The notes under the pieces: model-generated
Databases searched by the model: none
Told to the model about the DNA's origin: nothing
The model's input: only the letters and a program-made list of their open reading frames with translations
In this document: positions 19,301-30,221 of the stretch, one piece after another
How positions within the stretch are numbered: the stretch's first letter is position 1
How the letters are laid out: each line of letters begins with the position of its first letter
Made by a program: the position numbers and the translations under genes
Assembly (NCBI GenBank): GCA_965223735.1
Contig: OZ245010.1
Coordinates: forward strand, 42,018 to 106,017
Source: Candidatus Oxydemutatoraceae bacterium
GTDB taxonomy: Bacteria; Pseudomonadota; Gammaproteobacteria; Poriferisulfidales; Oxydemutatoraceae
Length of the DNA: 64,000 nt
Direction: 5' to 3'

Positions 19301-19475
19301 CGGGGACTATTGTATATAATTCCCTGTTTTAACCGGGGTGTCTGGCAGGTTGCCTGACGGGGTTGTTTTTGATGCTCGATTGCAATGCCGCCCCGACGCC
19401 GGCGCGGGTCGGCATTTGTCACGGCAGGGGCCGGAGCGATGTCGTGCCGAGCATCGTATCCCGGACAGTGCCCGG

Positions 19476-20426
19476 TCAGTTGATCGCCGCGCGATAAAGT
19501 GTCAGTTGATAAGCGACGAAGCACAGCAGCAGCAGCAGACCTTTGCCGCGTCCGAGTGAAAAGCGCGGCGGCATCAGGAACAGAAGCCACAACAACGCGG
19601 TCAGGCCGATCACCGTCAGGTAGTCGCGCGACAGCACTTCGGGCGGCATCCGCGCCGGGTGGATCAACACCGGCAGGCCGATCACGGCCAGGCTGTTGAA
19701 CATGTTGGAACCGAGGATGTTGCCGAGCGCGATCGCGTGCTGCTTGCGGTAGGCGCTGACCAGTGCCGCCGCGAGTTCGGGCAAGCTGGTGCCGAGCGCG
19801 ATCACGGTCAGGCCGATGATGAGTTCGGATATGCCGAAGATCTGCGCGACGTGCGTCGCCGCGTACACCGCCATGTAGGAGGCGGCCAGCAGCACCGCGG
19901 TGAAAACGGTGAGCCGGATCCCGGCGTGCTTTTGCCTGGCGGCGATCTGCGACATGTCATCGTCGGTTTGCGCGGCGTCATTTTTGGTTTTGATCAGCAG
20001 GTAGATTGCGGCGGCGAGTGCCGCGAGAAGTAATATGCCGTCGCTGCGTCCGAAGTGGTGACCGTTGAGCAGCAACAGGCCCGGCAGCGCCGTCGCCGCC
20101 GTGACGATCATGAATTTCCGGTAGATGGTCGCGTGCGTCGCCATGACGCCGGAGACCATGGCGGTTGCGCCGAGAACCAGCGCGATGTTTGCGATGTTGG
20201 AACCGAGCGCGTTGCCGACGGCGATCTGCAACGAGTCCCGCAGCGCCGCGACTGACGAGATGACCAACTCGGGTGCGGACGTGCCGAAGCCGATCACGAC
20301 GGCGCCGATGATCAACGGCGGGACGCGACAGCGGTTTGCTATTGCCACCGCGCTCAGCAGCATCCGGTCCGCCGCCCAGAAGATCAGGGCCAGCGACAAG
20401 ATGAGAGTGGAAAGGTAAAACGCCAT
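19476..20426 (-). CDS. yrbG: Calcium/sodium antiporter (YrbG family)
   Basis: Two alpha-repeats GTSAPE / GTSLPE with GNALGSNIAN / GNILGSNMFN. Confidence 0.92.
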   Translation of the reverse strand: MAFYLSTLILSLALIFWAADRMLLSAVAIANRCRVPPLIIGAVVIGFGTSAPELVISSVAALRDSLQIAVGNALGSNIANIALVLGATAMVSGVMATHATIYRKFMIVTAATALPGLLLLNGHHFGRSDGILLLAALAAAIYLLIKTKNDAAQTDDDMSQIAARQKHAGIRLTVFTAVLLAASYMAVYAATHVAQIFGISELIIGLTVIALGTSLPELAAALVSAYRKQHAIALGNILGSNMFNSLAVIGLPVLIHPARMPPEVLSRDYLTVIGLTALLWLLFLMPPRFSLGRGKGLLLLLCFVAYQLTLYRAAIN

Positions 20427-20610
20427 ATTATTCGCGTTATCATAAGGTGCGGTTGGTTGACATACAATTTTCAACGCGGCCGTACCTTGCGCCGCGTTCG
20501 CGTTATCCGCATAATTTGCGCGGAAGGCGGCGGGTTTCCGGCGGAACGGCTGATCCACGGCACGGATGTAGGGCGCTGCCGGTCAAATAAATCATACAAG
20601 GGCAAGCAAT

Positions 20611-21225
20611 ATGATAAAGCGCATGGAGAAATTATCAGGTGCACTGGTTTTTGCCGTTGTGTTGCCCGTGTGCGTCGCGCAGGCTGACGACGCGGTTGCC
20701 GCACGATCGGCGATGCAGCAGGTTACCGAGCAATTGCTGGCGCGCCTGCATACCGAACTGAAAACGTATCTCGAAGACGAGAAGCGCCTGTATGCGATGC
20801 TCGAAGAGGTCGTGTTGCCGACGGTGGATATGCCTCTTCTCAGTCGCCTGGTGCTGGGAAACCACTGGAAGACGGCCAGCGAATTCCAAAAGCGGCACTT
20901 CGTTGAAAAATTTCAAACGATGTTGATCCGGAGTTACGGGAAAACGTTGCTTCTGTTGCCCGACATACGGATTGAATATGAGCCGCTCGCGCCCGACGAG
21001 CCGAGCAAGAAATATCAGGTCGTCCGCACGAAGGTGATAGCCAGTGATAACCGAGCGCCTTTGAGCATCAGTTACTCGCTGATCAACCGCGAAGGGTGGA
21101 AAGTGTTTGACATCATTATTGACGGTTCGAGCATCGCCAGGCAGTTCCGCAACGGGTTTGATCAGGAGATCCGTGAAACCGGTTTCGACGCGCTGGTCGC
21201 ACGCCTGAGCCAGTTTGACTACTGA
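20611..21225 (+). CDS. mlaC: Phospholipid-binding periplasmic protein MlaC/Ttg2D
   Basis: Signal peptide, LVLGNHW, WKVFDIIIDG.S; upstream of murA. Confidence 0.85.
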   Translation: MIKRMEKLSGALVFAVVLPVCVAQADDAVAARSAMQQVTEQLLARLHTELKTYLEDEKRLYAMLEEVVLPTVDMPLLSRLVLGNHWKTASEFQKRHFVEKFQTMLIRSYGKTLLLLPDIRIEYEPLAPDEPSKKYQVVRTKVIASDNRAPLSISYSLINREGWKVFDIIIDGSSIARQFRNGFDQEIRETGFDALVARLSQFDY

Positions 21226-21279
21226 TGAACCATCCGGTCTGGGTCTGATACCGATCTCTCCCGCAATACCCCCGGCTGA

Positions 21280-22545
<1,266 letters not shown>

Positions 22546-22664
22546 CGGATTCGGTGAACATCGTTCGGCAGGCCGAAATTCCGGACGACCGCAACGATAA
22601 CCTGCTTTTTTGAGGCGTCATCGCCGTCGATTCGCTACAATCGCCTTTCAGCATTAATCAGTCG

Positions 22665-23312
22665 ATGGACAGACCGGTCAAAATTGCCCTCTCGAAGGGG
22701 CGCGTGATGGAGGAGGCGATGCCGTTGCTCGCGCAGGCCGGGCTTGCGCCCGCGGAGTCGTTGCGGGACAACCGCAAATTGATACTCGAAAGTGAGCACC
22801 CCGGCGTCAAAATCGTTATCATTCGCGGTGCCGACGTGCCGACGTACGTTGAATACGGCGCGGCCGAGCTGGGTATCGTTGGCAAGGACGTTTTGATGGA
22901 GTATGACGGCGACGGCGTTTACGAGTATCTTGATCTCGGCATTGCGTGTTGCCGGATGATGGTTGCGAAGCGCGAGGGCGCCGACTTGCCGGCGACGCGG
23001 CGTGTGCGCGTTGCGACCAAATATGCAAACAGTGCGCGCAGCTATTTTGCGGCGCAGGGTCGGCAGGTCGAGGTGATCAAGTTGTACGGTTCCATGGAAC
23101 TCGCTCCGCTGGTCGGTTTATCCGACTTGATCGTGGATCTGGTTGACACCGGCGGTACGTTGAGGGTGAACGGCCTGACGGCGCATGAGGAAATTACAAA
23201 GATCAGCGCGAGGCTGATCGTGAACAAAGCGTCGATGAAGATGAAGAACCGGACCTTGACGCAGGTGATGGACTTGTTCAGGCGGGACGTCAATGCTGGC
23301 ACCGCTGCGTAG
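22665..23312 (+). CDS. hisG: ATP phosphoribosyltransferase, short form (HisZ-dependent)
   Basis: IALSKGR, DVPTYVEYG, GSMELAP; 215 aa, no C-terminal regulatory domain. Confidence 0.95.
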   Translation: MDRPVKIALSKGRVMEEAMPLLAQAGLAPAESLRDNRKLILESEHPGVKIVIIRGADVPTYVEYGAAELGIVGKDVLMEYDGDGVYEYLDLGIACCRMMVAKREGADLPATRRVRVATKYANSARSYFAAQGRQVEVIKLYGSMELAPLVGLSDLIVDLVDTGGTLRVNGLTAHEEITKISARLIVNKASMKMKNRTLTQVMDLFRRDVNAGTAA

Positions 23313-23342
23313 GGGGTTGCCGCGGCGGCGCGGGGGAGAAAA

Positions 23343-24434
23343 ATGAAATACCAAACTGATGACCTGAGGATCACTGAAACCCGCGAGGTGATAGCGCCCG
23401 CGGAGTTGATCGCGGAACTGCCGCTGACCGAGCGTGCCGCAGAGTGCGTGTATTTTTCGCGGCAGGCGACGCGGGACGTTCTGCACGGGCGCGACCCGAG
23501 GCTGGTCGTGGTGGTCGGGCCGTGCTCGATCCACGACGTGGACGCCGCACTCGATTACGCTGGGATGCTGCGTAGTTGTGCCGACCGTCTAAAGGACAGC
23601 CTGCACATCGTCATGCGCGTGTATTTTGAAAAGCCGCGTACGACGGTCGGGTGGAAAGGCCTGATCAACGATCCGGATCTCGACGATAGTTTTGACATCG
23701 GCAAGGGGTTGCGGCTTGCACGCGGCCTGCTGCTGAAATTGAACGAGATGGGCTTGCCGGCGGGCACCGAGTACCTCGACCCGATCAGTCCGCAGTACGT
23801 TTCCGACCTGATCGGTTGGGGCGCGATCGGCGCGCGCACCACTGAAAGTCAGGTTCACAGGGAACTCGCTTCGGGGTTGTCGTGCCCGGTCGGTTTCAAG
23901 AACGGCACCGACGGCAATTTGAAGATCGCGGTGGATGCGATCGGCTCGGCGTCGCGGCCGCACCACTTCCTGTCGGTCACGAAGGCGGGACATTCCGCAA
24001 TCTTCTCGACCGCGGGTAACGAGGACTGCCACGTCATCCTGCGTGGCGGCAGGCAGACCAATTACGACGCCGCAAGCGTCGAGGCGGCGGCGCAGGCGCT
24101 GGTGGACGCGGGGCAGACGCCCAGGGTGATGATCGACTGTAGCCACGCGAACAGCCGCAAGCAGCACGACCGCCAGCGGGAGGTCGCGCAAACGATCGCC
24201 GGGCAGGTGGGTGTCGGCGAGAAGCGCATCATCGGTGTGATGGTCGAGAGCAACCTGGTTGCGGGCCGTCAGGATCTGGTGCCCGGCAGGACGCTTGTTT
24301 ATGGGCAGAGCATCACCGACGCCTGCATCGGGTGGGAGGACACCGTGCCGTTGCTTGAATCACTCGCCGACGCCGTCGAGCGCGGGCGCGGCGAACGCGT
24401 GAGTGATCGGCGGGCGCGAGCCGCTCAGGTGTGA
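23343..24434 (+). CDS. aroG: Class I DAHP synthase
   Basis: GPCSIHD, RVYFEKPRTTVGWKGLINDP, IDCSHANS; exact isoenzyme (aroF/G/H) uncertain. Confidence 0.93.
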   Translation: MKYQTDDLRITETREVIAPAELIAELPLTERAAECVYFSRQATRDVLHGRDPRLVVVVGPCSIHDVDAALDYAGMLRSCADRLKDSLHIVMRVYFEKPRTTVGWKGLINDPDLDDSFDIGKGLRLARGLLLKLNEMGLPAGTEYLDPISPQYVSDLIGWGAIGARTTESQVHRELASGLSCPVGFKNGTDGNLKIAVDAIGSASRPHHFLSVTKAGHSAIFSTAGNEDCHVILRGGRQTNYDAASVEAAAQALVDAGQTPRVMIDCSHANSRKQHDRQREVAQTIAGQVGVGEKRIIGVMVESNLVAGRQDLVPGRTLVYGQSITDACIGWEDTVPLLESLADAVERGRGERVSDRRARAAQV

Positions 24435-24452
24435 CGCAGGCGTGATACGGGC

Positions 24453-25766
24453 ATGATGCAGATCCGTCGGCTCGATACTTCAGGTTCTGATTTCGAGCCG
24501 GAACTTCAAAAGATAATTGATGCCGCCGCCACTCCCGACGAGGCGGTTGCGGCGCGCGTGCGTGAGATCATCACGCGTGTCGGCGAGCAGGGCGACGCCG
24601 CCGTACTTGCCTGCACGCGCGAGTTTGACGGCGTCGCAGTCGATTCGATGACGCAATTGAGAGTGTCGGAAGCGCGTTTGCGAGAAGCGTCGGAAACGGT
24701 GCCCGTGGCCGCGCTCGACGCACTGAAGCGTGCTGCCGAAAGGATCCGCCGCTACGCCGAAAAGCAGGCGCTTGAAGACTGGCAATTGCGCGAAGATAGT
24801 GGCACGACGCTCGGGCAGCGGGTGACGCCGCTCGATTCGGTGGGCCTGTACGTGCCGGGCGGCAAGGCTGCTTATCCATCGGCGGTGCTGATGGCGGCGA
24901 TTCCCGCTACGGTCGCCGGCGTGCCCCGCGTGGCGATGGCAACGCCGGCACCGGGCGGCGAAGTCAATCTCCTGCTGCTGGCCGCTGCCGACCTGTGCGG
25001 CGTGCGCGAAATCTGGCTGATCGGCGGCGCGCAGGCGGTTGCCGCGTTGGCGTTGGGAACGCAGACCATCGCGGCGGTGAGCAAGATCGTCGGACCGGGC
25101 AATGCCTACGTTGCCGAAGCCAAGCGTCAGGTGAACGGGCTGGTCGGCATTGATCTGCCGGCGGGGCCTTCGGAGATCCTGATCATCTGTGATGGAACGA
25201 CTGACCCCGAGTGGATCGCCGCCGACCTGCTTTCCCAGGCCGAACACGACGAGCAGGCACGGGCAGTGTTGTTGTGTCCCGACGACAGCTTCATCTCCGT
25301 CGTCATGCAGGCGATGGAGCGCCTGCTTCAAAAAGCCCCGCGCGCGGCGATCATCGGGTGCTCGCTTGCTTCGCAGGGACTGCTGGTGCGCGTGCGCAAC
25401 CTCGACGAAGCGGTTGCCGTCGCCAACCGCATTGCGCCGGAGCATCTCGAACTGTCGGTCGCTGACCCTGAACGGCTGTTGCCGGCGATCACCAATGCCG
25501 GCGCCATCTTCGTCGGCAAGTATTCGCCGGAAGTGATCGGTGATTATTGCGCGGGGCCTAACCACATTCTGCCGACCGGCGGTGCGGCGCGGTTTGCGTC
25601 GCCGCTGGGCGTGTACGATTTTCAAAAGCGTAGCAGCCTCATACATTGCTCCGCCGAAGGCGCGGCGGAACTGGGCGCTCTGGCGGCGACTCTGGCCGAG
25701 GCCGAAGGCCTGTTTGCTCACGCCGACTCGGCGCGTCGGCGCGTCGATGCCAAAGACCGCGCGTGA
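24453..25766 (+). CDS. hisD: Histidinol dehydrogenase
   Basis: YVPGGKAAYPS, AGPSE, SQAEHD, APEHL. Confidence 0.96.
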   Translation: MMQIRRLDTSGSDFEPELQKIIDAAATPDEAVAARVREIITRVGEQGDAAVLACTREFDGVAVDSMTQLRVSEARLREASETVPVAALDALKRAAERIRRYAEKQALEDWQLREDSGTTLGQRVTPLDSVGLYVPGGKAAYPSAVLMAAIPATVAGVPRVAMATPAPGGEVNLLLLAAADLCGVREIWLIGGAQAVAALALGTQTIAAVSKIVGPGNAYVAEAKRQVNGLVGIDLPAGPSEILIICDGTTDPEWIAADLLSQAEHDEQARAVLLCPDDSFISVVMQAMERLLQKAPRAAIIGCSLASQGLLVRVRNLDEAVAVANRIAPEHLELSVADPERLLPAITNAGAIFVGKYSPEVIGDYCAGPNHILPTGGAARFASPLGVYDFQKRSSLIHCSAEGAAELGALAATLAEAEGLFAHADSARRRVDAKDRA

Positions 25767-25796
25767 GGATTTTCGCGATGCCGGAATGGAGTTGTC

Positions 25797-26555
25797 ATGG
25801 CTGAACTGACGCAACTGATCGACTATCTGGATCGTTATCTGGAAGTGCGCCGTTTCCGTGACCATTGCCCGAACGGCCTGCAAGTTGAGGGGCGCGCGCA
25901 AGTCGGATCGCTGGTGACCGGCGTCACCGCGTGTCTCGAACTGGTTGAGGCGGCGATCTCTGAGGACGCCGACGCGGTGCTGGTGCATCACGGCTATTTC
26001 TGGAAGGGAGAGCCGGCGCCGCTGACCGGAATGAAAGCGCGACGCCTGCGCCGCCTGCTCGAGACCGGCACGAGTCTGCTCGCTTATCATCTGCCGCTCG
26101 ACGCGCATCCCGAAGTCGGCAACAACGCCTGCATTGCGCGTGAACTGGGCTTGCATACTGAAGGCGCGCTCGACGACGATCAATCGGCGTCGCTTGCGAT
26201 GTTCGGCCGCACCGCCGAGCCGGTGGCGGCATCGTCGTTTGTACGCACGATCGCGCAGGCACTCGGGCGCGAGCCTTTATGGATCGCCGGCGGCGCCGAC
26301 ACGATGCACACCGTCGGCTGGTGCACCGGCGCCGCACAGGACTATATCCACTACGCGGTCGCCAAGGGCCTCGATGCGTTTGTCAGCGGTGAAGTGTCCG
26401 AGCGCACGACGCATATCGCGCGTGAGGAGGGCATCCATTACTTCGCCGCCGGGCATCACGCCACCGAACGCTACGGGGTGCAGGCGCTTGGGGCGCATCT
26501 CGCCGGGAAATTTTCGCTGAAGCACCGGTTTATTGAGGTTGAAAATCCGGTGTAG
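25797..26555 (+). CDS. Nif3-like dinuclear metal centre protein
   Basis: DHCPNGLQVEG, LVHHG, AYHLPLDAHP, GHHATE. Confidence 0.93.
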   Translation: MAELTQLIDYLDRYLEVRRFRDHCPNGLQVEGRAQVGSLVTGVTACLELVEAAISEDADAVLVHHGYFWKGEPAPLTGMKARRLRRLLETGTSLLAYHLPLDAHPEVGNNACIARELGLHTEGALDDDQSASLAMFGRTAEPVAASSFVRTIAQALGREPLWIAGGADTMHTVGWCTGAAQDYIHYAVAKGLDAFVSGEVSERTTHIAREEGIHYFAAGHHATERYGVQALGAHLAGKFSLKHRFIEVENPV

Positions 26556-26590
26556 GGTGAAAAATAGTTTGTAAAGCACCCGCTTGTATT

Positions 26591-27332
26591 TTGAAAACCA
26601 GACTTGACAATCTTGCCGCACGAGTTAATCAGGCTGTTGCTGCATATTGGGCAACGCGAACAAGGCAGGAAGAAGATCAGAGATCTTCCGGTGAGCAAGA
26701 TCAAGGAGCTCGTGGCGCCGTTACGGGCGGGGCATAAATGGACGGTTTTATCAGTCTATTGACTGAATTTATATTTGAGGCGGGCATAGGCGAAGATTGC
26801 GTCTTTGATAAAAAGCGGATGTTGAATTTGCCGGGGTTTTTCAGGCCGACAAAAGAATGGGACTTATTGGTTATTCTCGATGGGCAACTTATTATTGCTT
26901 TGGAAGCAAAATCGCAGGCGGGGCCCTCGTTTGGAAACAATTTTAACAATCGCACTGAGGAGGCTATGGGGAGCGCGTTGGACTTGTGGACGGCTTTTCG
27001 AGAAGGGGTGTTTAATAGCACGTAATAGCACGGTAGAACCATGGCTCGGATATTTGTTTCATCTTGAAGATTGCCCTGAGTCCAGAAGTTCTGTAAGGGT
27101 AAACGAATTTCATTACGAAGTGTTTAAGGAATTCAAAGAGGCTTCGTATGCCAAACGCTATGAATTGTTTTGCCGCAAGTTGGTTCTTGAAAGACACTAT
27201 TCCGCCGCAGCGCTTCTCCTCTCTCAAAGAGGGACAGGAAAGCAAGGGGGGTATAAAGAGCCTGCCGCTGATCTTGGTTTTGAATTTTTCATAAGGTCTA
27301 TGATTTCCAAGTTGCTGGCGTATAATGGATAG
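26591..27332 (+). pseudogene. PaeR7I/XhoI-family type II restriction endonuclease, inactivated
   Basis: DQGARGAVTGGA*MDGF, LPGFFRPTKEWDL, EAKSQAGPSFGNNFNNRTEEA; in-frame TAA at 26735 and frameshifting 10-bp duplication at 27013-27032. Confidence 0.85.
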
Positions 27333-27337
27333 TTATT

Positions 27338-28306
27338 ATGCGGGCGGAAGAGACACCAAGTCCGGATTTCACCACACATCGCCTGATACAAGGTGATGCA
27401 CGCAGCTTCCCTTATATTGAAGATGAAACGGTTCACTTGATAATAACGTCTCCTCCTTACTGGAACCTGAAGAGTTACAATGAAAGCCCGGGTCAGCTGG
27501 GGCATATTTCCGAATACGAAGCTTTTCTTTCTGAGGTCAGCTAGGTTTGGAGTGAAAGTTTCCGAGTTTTGGTGCCGGGCGGTCGCCTGATCGTGGTTGT
27601 TGGCGACGTGTGTTTGTCAAGAAAAGCGTATGGCAGACATGTCGTTGCGCCGTTGCACGCTGATATTTGCGTTCAATGCCGGAGGCTTGGGTTTGACAAT
27701 TTGAACCCGATCATTTGGCATAAAATTTCGAATGCCAAATTCGAGGCCAACTAGGGAACGAAATTTTTGGGCAAGCCTTATGAGCCTAATGCCGTCGTTA
27801 AAAATGATATAGAATTTATTCTGATGCAGAGAAAGCCCGGAGGATACAGAAAGCCCACTGAAGAACAGCGTTCCGCCAGCAAGATCGACAAACGCGATTT
27901 TAACGAGTGGTTCAGGCAGATCTGGACGCTGACCGGGGTATCGACAAAAAATCATCCCGCTCCATTCCCTTCGGAACTTGCCTATCGTTTGGTTCGGATG
28001 TTTTCATTTGTCGGGGATGTCGTGCTTGATCCGTTTAACGGTTCCGGAACAACAATGTTGGCCGCGATGAAATGTGGCCGCAACAGTATTGGAATTGAGA
28101 TTGACCGTGAGTATTGCACGATGGCCGCACGTAAGTTGCAGCAGCAGAATTCGGATATGTTTTGCGATGCAAGGCTGGAGTTCAGGAAACAGATCCGGTC
28201 TTCCGAGAATGGCATCTTTCTTCAGGAAGAGCGCTTTGAGTGCGGAGATAAGGAAAAGCTTCCCCGGAAGTCTGCTCCGGTTGGTGAGTTGCACACAGCC
28301 GCTTGA
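27338..28306 (+). pseudogene. Beta-class N4/N6 DNA methyltransferase with two in-frame TAG stops
   Basis: TSPPYW, HPAPFP, LDPFNGSGTT in one frame interrupted by TAG at 27542 and 27752. Confidence 0.88.
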
Positions 28307-28355
28307 ATAGAGGGTTGATCTGAGACGCATATTTCATATACGGGGGTGATTATCT

Positions 28356-29133
28356 ATGGCGACTATGGAAGAGCGAGATTGGTTCGCATAGAATATTCTT
28401 AAGCCGGTTAGTGAAGCGGCGAAGGAGTTGCCGGACAATAAATTGATTGGGTTTCTGGCAATGGAGGGAGGTTGCTACAAAAGAGGAAAGGGTCTTATGG
28501 TTGTCGAGTCGTTCCTTGAACAACTGGGACGTGAATGCCTTGAGGAGCATTGAACCTGGTGAGCTTGATAATTCTGGATCGCGTAAAAAGTATGTCTCGG
28601 AAGTCCATAAAAGTGTCACGAAAATGGATCCGGAAAAGAATCTGGAAAAGGACCCGATGAGTTGGGTGACGGAGAAATGAGGTGCTTATAACACTAAAGC
28701 GTCAGCTTTCTGGAGAGTTATTCGAAAGGTGGTCGGGGGATTGGAAATAGCAAAGGTCGATGATGCCAATAAAGATGGCTGGTCGTCTTATCTCGTATGG
28801 TCGAACCTCTACAAACTTTCTCCGTATGAAGGTGGCAATCCCAGTGATAAGCTTCGCGGTATTCAAGATCGGGATGATGGTTGTAAAGACCTGTTACGGC
28901 TTGAGCTCGAGACCTACTGCCCTCGTCGGCTACTGTTGCTTACCGGTATGAATTGGGCTAAGCCGTTTCTGCAGGAGTTAGACGCTGTTGGCAAGGCGAA
29001 AAATGGGGAGTGCGTTGAATACATTGGCTCTCTGGCAAACGATAAGTGCTAAACTCGTATTGTCGTCGTTTGTCATCCAGGGAGCAAAAAGCAGGATCCT
29101 TGGACACGTGAAGTGCTAGATTTCCTAAATTAA
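28356..29133 (+). pseudogene. Uracil-DNA-glycosylase-superfamily-like protein, decayed
   Basis: Reconstructed LMVV(G)RSLNNW, SAFW, WSNLYKLSP..GGNP, ELE..CP..LLLLTG, VVCHP; stops at 28389, 28678, 29050 and one frameshift near 28505. Confidence 0.6.
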
Positions 29134-29612
29134 AAAGGGCATGACCCGAGAAACCGGACAAGTCTTCCCCGGCACACCCTATCTCCTTCGTAAAGCAAAC
29201 GGCAAAAACACTGCACATCTTTGAGTATGTTGTTTCAAGATAACTACCGGGAGGAATTCGAAAAACGGATACGACAGGATCAGGTTGATGCAGCGTGATC
29301 ATTTCTTCTCCCCGGCTCCGACGGCATCACCCGTATGTGAAAGGGCGGTGATTCATCCGGTTCATCGCCATGATTCCATCCGTCGTCGCCCTCTCCCGAA
29401 GAAAAAGGAGACACTACCACTTTTGGGCTAACACGCCGGCGCATTTCACTTGACGAAAAAACGCAGTTCGGACATACTGGCTGAATTGGGTAGCCGATGC
29501 CGCATTACCGCCCATGATCAGGGGTTTCAGCCGGCCGGTCGTGGCGCCGGTGGAGTGAGTCGGCTTGGGGTTCGGGGGGGCAATCCGAGCGCGCACCGGG
29601 GTTTATGGACTT

Positions 29613-30221
29613 ATGCAAAACGACGATTCTGACAAGCCTGCGGATCTGACGCGCCGCCGTTTTCTGACGACGGGCGCGAGCGCGGTCGGCGGTATCGGCA
29701 CCGCGGTGGCGGCTTGGCCGTTCGTCGCCTCAATGAACCCCAGCGCCCACGCCAGGGCGGTCGGTGCGCCGGTGACGGTTGATCTTGGCAAACTCAAGCA
29801 GGGTGAGATGTTGCGTGAGAAGTGGCGCGGCAAGCCGATCTGGATTGTGCGCCGAACGCAGGGAATGATCGACAGTCTGAAAGCGGGCACCGGGAAATTG
29901 CGTGACCCGGGATCGATACAGCCGCAACAGCCCGATTACGCAAAGAACGAACATCGCTCGATCAAACCCGAGTACTTGGTGCTGGTCGGTATCTGCACTC
30001 ATCTCGGTTGTTCGCCGACGTTCCGCCCCGACCAGGCCCCCGACGATCTGGGTTCGGCGTGGCGCGGCGGTTTTTTCTGTGCGTGCCACGGTTCGCGATT
30101 TGATCTCGCCGGGCGGGTTTATAAAAACGTGCCGGCACCCAAAAACCTCGAGGTGCCGCCGTACCGTTACACCGAAGACGATCGCATTGTGATTGGAGAA
30201 TCCGGCGAAGAGACGGCCTGA
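29613..30221 (+). CDS. petA: Ubiquinol-cytochrome c reductase Rieske Fe-S subunit
   Basis: Tat RRRFL, CTHLGC, CACHGS. Confidence 0.97.
   Translation: MQNDDSDKPADLTRRRFLTTGASAVGGIGTAVAAWPFVASMNPSAHARAVGAPVTVDLGKLKQGEMLREKWRGKPIWIVRRTQGMIDSLKAGTGKLRDPGSIQPQQPDYAKNEHRSIKPEYLVLVGICTHLGCSPTFRPDQAPDDLGSAWRGGFFCACHGSRFDLAGRVYKNVPAPKNLEVPPYRYTEDDRIVIGESGEETA

Larger units (their letters stand above)
18078..19324 (-). mobile_element. Full-length TIR-bounded tnpB element (1247 bp), no transposase
   Basis: Perfect 22-bp TIRs GGGAATTATATACAATAGTCCC (18078-18099, 19303-19324); flanks tattttaa / tgttttaa. Confidence 0.9.

Noticed and set aside
27542-27754. Amber recoding or pyrrolysine readthrough of in-frame TAGs
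   Set aside because: TAG terminates ordinary genes here (pgeF, sat, nif3, secD), and neighbouring genes also carry TAA/TGA stops and frameshifts, so decay explains it
29140-29440. AT-richer non-coding stretch ending in a possible IS end (GGCGTGTTAGCCCAAAAG on the minus strand)
   Set aside because: No partner repeat or transposase homology recognisable
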